Shown: piece by piece, positions 55,041-64,000 of the stretch
Layout: every line of letters begins with the position of its first letter
Numbering within the stretch: position 1 is the first letter of the stretch
Assembly (NCBI GenBank): GCA_951406725.2
Contig: OX597814.1
Coordinates: 40,052,001-40,116,000 of the forward strand
DNA length: 64,000 nt
Source: Octopus vulgaris
Lineage: Eukaryota
Reading direction: 5' to 3'
Notes under the pieces: generated by a model
What the model saw: only the letters and a program-made list of their open reading frames with translations
Told to the model about the DNA's origin: nothing
Databases searched by the model: none
Made by a program: the position numbers and the translations under genes

Positions 55041-56148
55041 TGCTAACTCCACGTATGTATGTATTTATATATGCTGATTATATAAATGATCGTAGATTTT
55101 CAAATTTGTAAATATACGTATACTTAGCAAAATCAATGCAAAGTGCAGTTAGTAAATTCTTTAAATTCTCTCGAGTTTCCATAATCACGAAATCCCGTAA
55201 CCGGAGTTAACTCTAACATATGGGTTGCATTTATTTGTTAGGTTTATATTGTGGTAGACTTTAATTAGGTTTGTTAAACTTTTGTATCGGTCCTAAAGGG
55301 GACTATTGGAGATTATTCATTAAAGTACTTCGATTTAAAGTTCTATCCAGTTGTAAATGTGGCAGAAGCGTTATGTATGGAACGGAACCTTATGCTGTGG
55401 TACTGCATCCTTTCAGCATTAAGTGTCTTAAGGAAAAATGCCTCCATTCTTTAAACTATAATATACGTATATTTCCAGTATTTTTCCTCTGGGAACGACG
55501 ACTTGTTCAAATGACATTAACAATTGGAGACACAATTCTATCACATGATACCTAAAACAATCAGGAAAAGGAAAGCCAGTTCATGAGCTCCTGATTGGCA
55601 AGCACATTATTTGACGATTCCTCAAAGGATTGTCAGGGTGAAATACCTTTAATTACAGTATATAATTATACATAGTAATACTTATCATATTTTTAGGGGC
55701 ATCTACAGAATAATCTCCGATTTATTGGATATATAAATTTTAAATCTATTTTGAAAGACATATTGTCTTTGGCATCAGACATAGAAAAGAGAAGACAAAA
55801 TCGAAAGACAACTCAAACAACAAGTATAGTGCTGTAGTTAATATATTTATTTTGTTACAGGTAGCTTACGTATTGATATGTAATCAATACTTTACGAGGG
55901 GTGTGTGAAAAGTCTTGGACCTCAAAAAGACAAAACATGGTACAAGACTTCTGATCAAGGTTCAAGACCTTAAGGCCTAAAAGCCTTCAAGGTTGAAAAC
56001 TTTTCATAAACCCCTAGTATAAACAATATTACTATAAAGATACACGATACTATAATTTTAATTATTTTAATTATTGTCATTAATAGAGTTAGAGATAAAA
56101 TGAAAAATATCTGGATGTTTAAGCGTCGCATCAAATACAATACGCAAA

Positions 56149-56267
56149 TCATTTGGCGCATGAGTTACACTTATTAGGACAAAATCTTGCGAATGAGTAC
56201 ATATACTTAACATCGCAATACGTTTCTGGGTAATGCTCACAGAAAGGATAATCAGGATTGCATGTCA
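56149..56267 (-). CDS. CAP/CRISP-like secretory protein, terminal exon (ShKT domain)
   Basis: ttctcttttag| phase 1. Encodes (L)TCNPDYPFCEHYPETYCDVKYMYSFARFCPNKCNSCAK*, six Cys ending CPxxCxxC (ShKT pattern). ATTAAA hexamers lie about 80-90 nt downstream on the minus strand (56057-56071). Confidence 0.92.
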
Positions 56268-56987
56268 CTAAAAGAGAAACCAAAATTTTAATTCCTATTG
56301 AAATCGTTTCAATTGCATTTTAAATTTCGTAAAATCAACAACATTCATTTCAGAGGATATTAATAGATATACAAAAAGTCTAAGATATATCAAAGAAATT
56401 TAATACATTCATAATGCGAGACATTTCATGCATAATCTTTTACATACAATTAACGATAATTTCTTCAGTGAGTAAATCGAGATTTTGTTCACTGCTAAGA
56501 GTTAATGATCTTTCAGATCACCACAAGTGAAATATGTAATACATTTTGACATTTTATTACTACTAACTATGATAAATAATAGGAAGGAACATGATTGCTC
56601 AATAATATCGGAGTATCAAATATAAAGTTCACATTTTCAGCAATCCGCCTACACCGGTAAAATATCCTCGACAATTTGCTTGTACAGCTGTTTGCGAAAC
56701 TAATTCCCCGAACAAGCTGTTTTAATAAGCATTCATTGCAATATGATGCATACTTTTTTCTTCAACAAACCCTCACTTTTACTCAAACGAACATTCAGCA
56801 ATATCTCAGTATTAATTGAATAATATCAAATACACATATGAATTGAATATGGCTTATATAGTTTACAAAACACATAAATCATTATGAAGGTTCAAGAAAA
56901 ACATATTTATACTCTGTAGGGAAAAGAAAAATATGAACTTGAATACTAAGTTAATTGGTTAACTAAAAGAAAAAAATGGCAACTTAC

Positions 56988-57086
56988 ATTCCGCACACTC
57001 ATCTCCGGTTGCTAGTTGGTAACAATTACATTGGCAAGTATTTATATCAAGCATGCCACCGTACTGACAAGATTTGCCATTACAAT
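56988..57086 (-). CDS. CAP/CRISP-like secretory protein, EGF-like exon
   Basis: ttttatgcag| 99 bp |gtaagtt, phase 1-1. Encodes (D)CNGKSCQYGGMLDINTCQCNCYQLATGDECAE, a six-Cys EGF-like module of the kind found after the hinge in molluscan CAP proteins. Confidence 0.92.
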
Positions 57087-57556
57087 CTGCATAAAATATT
57101 GAAGAATTTGATTAAAACATGAACGAAAAAATAAGTGTTCCATATAATGAATATCCTCATTAAATACTGTAACGATAATAGTTGTCAGTCTTGGACCCAC
57201 CGGATCCTAGTGAATAGACGGAAGCTAAAAGTGTATTTCAGACGGCTATAAAATATGGAGAAACTAAATATGGTATAGCAGTATTTTGACTCTAGTCATG
57301 CACATATGCGCATGTATATTAATATAATATTGAGTATAGTTTATGTAACATTCAGTAACGTACAGCTGATAATTATGAGTAGAAACAACTAATGTGGTTT
57401 ATAATAGAATCTTTTCAATCCCGCTTGTTTATATTCTAAGGATATTTGCAGATTTCCATCTATATATCCAGTAACGGGAGAAGTCCTATATGATAACATT
57501 TGGTTACCGCTAACAAAAGTGTAGCCTTGGATAGCACATTATTAGGCTAATACACA

Positions 57557-59274
<1,718 letters not shown>

Positions 59275-59509
59275 GTATTTTTGATTATAATTCTACTTAT
59301 ACTTTTTTTTACTTTTATGAATACGTATTATCTTCTATTTCTCGATGGCATACCTTTTATCTATATATATCATTTTAAAATTTATTTTTATAATTACCCT
59401 TGTGTGTGTGTTGTGGGGTCGCGCGTCGTGTGTGTGTGTGTGTGTGTCAGCTCAGACTAGTGTCGCTGCCAAAATGACAGTAGGTGGTATAACGTGAGGC
59501 TGTTTCTGC

Positions 59510-61897
59510 TGCCTTTCAATGCAAGAGTAGGCGCTGATCACCAAACATGCCGCAACTGATGGCCAGTGATGAGATCCAAATGTCAAGAATATTCTGAAGG
59601 ACATCTCCAATACTTGGATAACTCATCCACTGACGACATGTGGAACAACATGAAATCTGCAATATATGATTCTGCATCGATGGCCTTTGGAACGGGTCAA
59701 CTTTCCAAGTAGTACTGGATCGAAGCCAATGCATCAATACTAATGCCATCACTTGAGAAAACGCCCAAGATCTTCATAAAGCACAATTGATTGCCAAAAG
59801 AATGTACGAAGCAACAGATACGTGCTGCAAAATCCAACCTTCAAAAAGAAACTAGAAAATGCGCCACCAAGCACTGGGATAAATTATGCGTAGAAATTCA
59901 ACAGGCGAGTAACATGGGTAACATCAGGAAAATGTATGAGATTATAGTTGCTATCTGACCAACAGTGAGTAAATTGGCACCTCTCAAGTCTGCAACAGGT
60001 GACCAGCTGACGGACAAGAAGAAACAGATGGAAAGATGGGTGGAATATTAAACAAAATTGTACACAAAGGAGCGAAGTGTTGATAGACAGATTGATGAGG
60101 CCATTCCTCAGCTCTTCGAAAGGACAGAACTCGATATATCACCAATGGAAGAAGAACTCTCCACAGCAATTTGTGAACTTGCAGGCGAAAAATCACTTGC
60201 TGAAGTGTTCCAAGAGAACAAAGATACCCTCCTTCCACATTTATAGAAGTTACTAAAGACGTGTTGGTTGGAAGTAAAAATTCCACAGAATATGAGATCC
60301 CATGATCGTCACTCTCTACAAAAATAAAGGGAACAAGGGATATTTCAATAACTACAGAGGCATCTCACTACTGAGCATCACTGGAAACGCTTTTGCGAGG
60401 ATAATTCTGAAACGACTTCAGAAGCTAGCAGGAAAAGAACTACCAGAGAGCCAGTGCGGTTTTAGATCTAACCGCTGAACAATGGATATGATCTCCATTC
60501 GTCAGCAACAAGAGAAATGGTGGGAGCAGCAATTACCACTATATATATCATTTGTCGATCTGACAAAGGCATTTGATACAGTCAGCAGATGAAGAATGAA
60601 CATGGAGCTTGAAAGATATGGATGTCCCCTAACACTGCTGCAGCTCATTGTTTCGTTCGATGATGACATGAAAACAACCATTCAGTTTGACGGTTCACTA
60701 TCAGATTACTTCAACATCGACAGCAGAGTAATACAAGGTTGTGTCCTAGCATCAATTCTTTTCTGCATTTACTTTGCTGTATTGCTGCAGTATGCATTTC
60801 AAGAGTCGCCGGAAGATGTCTACATTGGTTGGAGAACTGGTGGGTAACTCTTTGATCTTTCTAGACTTCGGGCCAAGATGGAGATCAATTGAGCAACAAT
60901 AAGAGACTTTCTCTTCGCCGACGATGCAGCACTTGTTGCTCACCGTGAATTAACTCTACAAATTAATAATGTCCCACCAATCATCAGCATAAAAGGCCTC
61001 CGGTTTCATTATCAGTGTAAGGACAGTCATCCTCATTCAGTAGGGTGCAGTGAAATGACATATCAAGCCTGATGACAATGAGATTGAGATAGTGGACAAG
61101 TTCTGCTCTCTAGGGTCTACCATTTCCTGTAATGCTTCACTTGATGAGACTAACGTCAGGATAGGGCAAGTAGCAAGAACATTTGGAAGGCTTACAAAAC
61201 GAGTATGAAAGAACAAGATATTAGACATCAAGACAAAGATCAAGATTTATGAAGCATGTGTTCTCAGCACACACCTCTATGGATCTGAAACATGGACCTT
61301 GTACAGCAGACAGGAAAGATGTCTCGTCATTTTGCATCTCTGATGCCCCCACAAGATCTTAGATCTAACATGGCACGACAAGATTACCAATGTTGAAGTG
61401 CTGGCCCAGTCGAATCTTCAAATAAAGACAGCTATGTTGTGTATGAGAAGACTAAGGTGGCTGGGGCATGTGAAGAGATTGGATGGCCATCGAATCCTGA
61501 AGCAACTGCTCTATGGACAACTGGCCCAGGGCAAGAGACTAAGAGGAAGTCCAAAACTGAGGCATAAGGACATTTGCAAAACTAGTTTGTCCAAGTGTGA
61601 GGTGGATGTCGGCACCTGGGAAGACAGGGCTGAGGACTGAACAACGTGGAGGACTGTGATGATGGAACTGCTTCTCTAGAGAGCAGCTACAGAAAAAAGC
61701 AAGTTGAGCAGCGTCAGCGGCGAAAGGAAAACAATAGAAATGCAGAGGGCTGAGCCATCCACTTGGTATGCAAGTGCTGTGACAGTAGGTGCGCTTTAAT
61801 CATAGGAAGAATCAGCCATGAAACAGGAGTCCCTGATATGTTCGATTAAATGGCATCTAAACTAAATTGACCGTCTGCATAGACGAAAAGTGCCAAT
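59510..61897 (+). mobile_element. 5'-truncated RTE (BovB-like) LINE, decayed (in CAP gene intron)
   Basis: NNYRGISLLSITG..LPESQCGFR..FVDLTKAFDTVSR..QGCVLA..FLFADDAALVAH..LYGSETW..RRLRWLGHV..KQLLYG. One degenerate Cys motif; many stops. Confidence 0.95.
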
Positions 61898-62096
61898 TAT
61901 TATATATATAATCTATCGTGTACCTTACTAAACAAGCATAATTTAGTTATTCCTGTATAGATTGGAAAAAAAATATGACCGAATGTCATCCACTATCGAA
62001 TCTTATTTTGATAGGCGTCTGCATCAACTTGATCAATATACTCATCAATTACAGTATCTTCAGAAAACTGGAACTGCTAATTTGCACACATGCATA

Positions 62097-62610
62097 TATT
62101 AGTGTTTCGGAAAAGCAATCTCCCATTTTGAAGCAATAATTTGTTGTCATGCCACAAATACTTTACTAGTTAATACAATATTTACTTGCCATCAGCTAAT
62201 TGTACATGGAGTTAATTACTAAATATCATAACGTAGTAATGTGCAATTGTATCTATTGGAGAACAAGAGCCTTACTATTCGGCACAATTTGCTTTATGAA
62301 TTTCAGAAGGGCAACAATATAACAAGGGAAAAATATCTAGTGAATATCCTGATGGTGTAAGAGTGTGAAATTGCAATGGTTGTTTCAACAAATTTAAAAT
62401 AGGGGATTTTCATCTTTCTGGTGGGTATAGATCAAGAACAACTACTTTCAATAATGACATCTCAAAAACAACAATTGAAAGAAAAAAAAAACTGCAGTCA
62501 GTATAGAAGAAAAAAGATATATTGAGCTTTGCTGCCACACAGCGTTAATATTAAGGAGAAGAAAACAGAGATCAATGGGTCATACATTAATGAATCGGAA
62601 ACAATGTATT
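62097..62610 (+). mobile_element. Mariner 5' fragment (HTH region)
   Basis: IRHNLLYEFQKGNN..FNKFKIGDFHLS..RS resembles the mariner N-terminal HTH. Confidence 0.6.
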
Positions 62611-62878
62611 TGTTTTATTATGCCATAATCTAAATATTATTTTCCTAACATCAATGACATACATTTTTATTATTTAGAATCTGCTTCCCGTTTGAGGCCA
62701 ATCTGAAGCTAATTTTTTTTTAAATGTTTCACCACGTAACTTATTTGAATTTCGGAATAAAATTTTCTCCCTAACAGCTTTTAGTCAATACAGTTCTATA
62801 TTTAAGAGATGAGGAATTATGTAAAATATTTACATTATTTACATTTGACGAATATTTGTCCTCATATTGTATGCTGTT

Positions 62879-62924
62879 AACACAACGTTTCGGCTGATAT
62901 ACCCAACAGCCTTCATCAGGTGTC
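62879..62924 (-). ncRNA. Minimal type I hammerhead ribozyme motif
   Basis: GACAC-CUGAUGA-A-GGCUG[uuggguauau]CAGCC-GAA-ACGU-U-GUGUU: intact core, 5-bp stems I and II, loopless palindromic stem III (dimer type), triplet GUU. Confidence 0.8.
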
Positions 62925-62971
62925 ATGTTATATTTCGAACCTGGGTTCTAATTCCTACCCCACATGCCCAC

Positions 62972-63046
62972 GAGCATATGACATAGTGGTGAAGAGCGCA
63001 TGCTACTAACCCAAAGATCCTCAATTCGATTCCAGGCAGTGACCTG
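62972..63046 (+). promoter_or_regulatory. tRNA-derived Pol III type-2 promoter-like head (degenerate)
   Basis: A-box-like tgacatagtgg, anticodon-loop-like ctactaa and B-box-like aattcgattcc at tRNA spacing. Does not close as a cloverleaf. Confidence 0.6.
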
Positions 63047-63409
63047 AATAATGATAATCATAATAATAATAATAATAACAAAAACATCGAAAATTATCTT
63101 AGGAATGAGAACCCAGGTTCCACATTTCCCCAAGACACCTGATGAAGGCTGGAGAGTATATCAGTCTAAGATGAGGACAAATATCTCTAAAATATAAATA
63201 ATGTAAATAATGTATTGTTTAGTCACTCATTCATTCTAAATATTTTATGTATTCGTTCTCCAACGAACAGTCTACTATTTTTCCTCGTCCATATTCATAT
63301 TTTTCGGCGGAAATTCAATTCCCATGCTGTCGAAATTAGCTGATTAAATATTTTTGTGTGATGAAATTTCATTGGCAACCGATGTTGGTCTCAGACTACT
63401 TGCATTCGC

Positions 63410-63460
<51 letters not shown>

Positions 63461-63584
63461 CATATATATGTTTGTATCTATGTGCATAGAGACGTACACA
63501 CGTGCTATATGTATAGCAATATGTAAAGGTAATGATAAACATTTATTAAATTACATATATGCATAAAGGAACAAATATACTTAC

Positions 63585-63673
63585 CACAAAGTGTACTATT
63601 TGCTGGCCTTGGGCAGGTTGTTAATTGATGCGTAGCATTAGCAAGCTTGTAAGGAAACACCGTACTATCTTGG
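63585..63673 (-). CDS. CAP/CRISP-like secretory protein, internal exon (end of CAP domain and hinge)
   Basis: Minus strand tcttttcag| 89 bp |gtaagta, phase 2 to phase 1. Encodes QDSTVFPYKLANATHQLTTCPRPANSTLC. The terminal G joins AT of the next exon to give LC-D-C. PYK...CP...LC resembles the CRISP hinge. Confidence 0.85.
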
Positions 63674-63862
63674 CTGAAAAGATATATTTAGTTATTCACA
63701 AAATCAGAGAATTTCACTGAAAAATGTACTTAAATTTCGTGGTTTTTCATAATATTCCTATTCTAAAATGGGCTTCATCTTTTTCAAATACCTTAAACAC
63801 CCCATTTAGATATATATGGATATACATGCATAAACACATACAAACACATACGCACACACACA

Positions 63863-63937
<75 letters not shown>

Positions 63938-64000
63938 ACACACATCCGCACTCACACACACACATAAGTAAAAACTCGAAACCCGAAATTGTCGTTTCTT

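Larger units (their letters stand above)
62791..63214. mobile_element. Palindromic element: tRNA-like head between inverted hammerhead-derived arms
   Basis: Left arm (~62820-62957) is the reverse complement of the right arm (63100-63214). The spacer holds a tRNA-like head (62972-63046) and (AAT)n. Confidence 0.85.

Noticed and set aside
55893-55925. tacgaggggtgtgtgaaaagt, mariner-TIR-like sequence
   Set aside because: No partner TIR or transposase remnant found.
62972-63046. Functional tRNA gene
   Set aside because: Acceptor and T stems do not pair; treated as a SINE-type head. The same applies to 11306 and the other SINE heads.

Overview
AT-rich animal genomic DNA dense in (TA)n, (CA)n, (TGTA)n and (ACT)n microsatellites. 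The SINE and LINE repertoire looks like an octopod cephalopod; this is an inference from repeat content only. Most ORFs in the supplied track are microsatellite read-through or antisense artefacts. The only host gene I can support is missing from the track: three phase-compatible GT-AG exons on the minus strand (63585-63673, 56988-57086, 56149-56267). They splice into the C-terminus of a CAP/CRISP-type cysteine-rich secretory protein (hinge, EGF-like module, ShKT domain), with the 5' exons beyond the window end. The rest is decayed mobile DNA: Penelope-like elements (PLEs), CR1/Jockey-group, RTE and R4/Dong LINEs, mariner, piggyBac, a pogo-like MITE, Helitrons and several tRNA-derived SINE families. 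The most unusual signal is a set of minimal hammerhead-ribozyme motifs with palindromic stem III. These include a palindromic element with a tRNA-like Pol III head between two hammerhead-derived arms, inside the CAP gene intron, and a two-copy hairpin family whose core carries an apparent compensatory G3-C8 swap (GUGAACA). All alignments, translations and folds were done by eye; TE boundaries are approximate.
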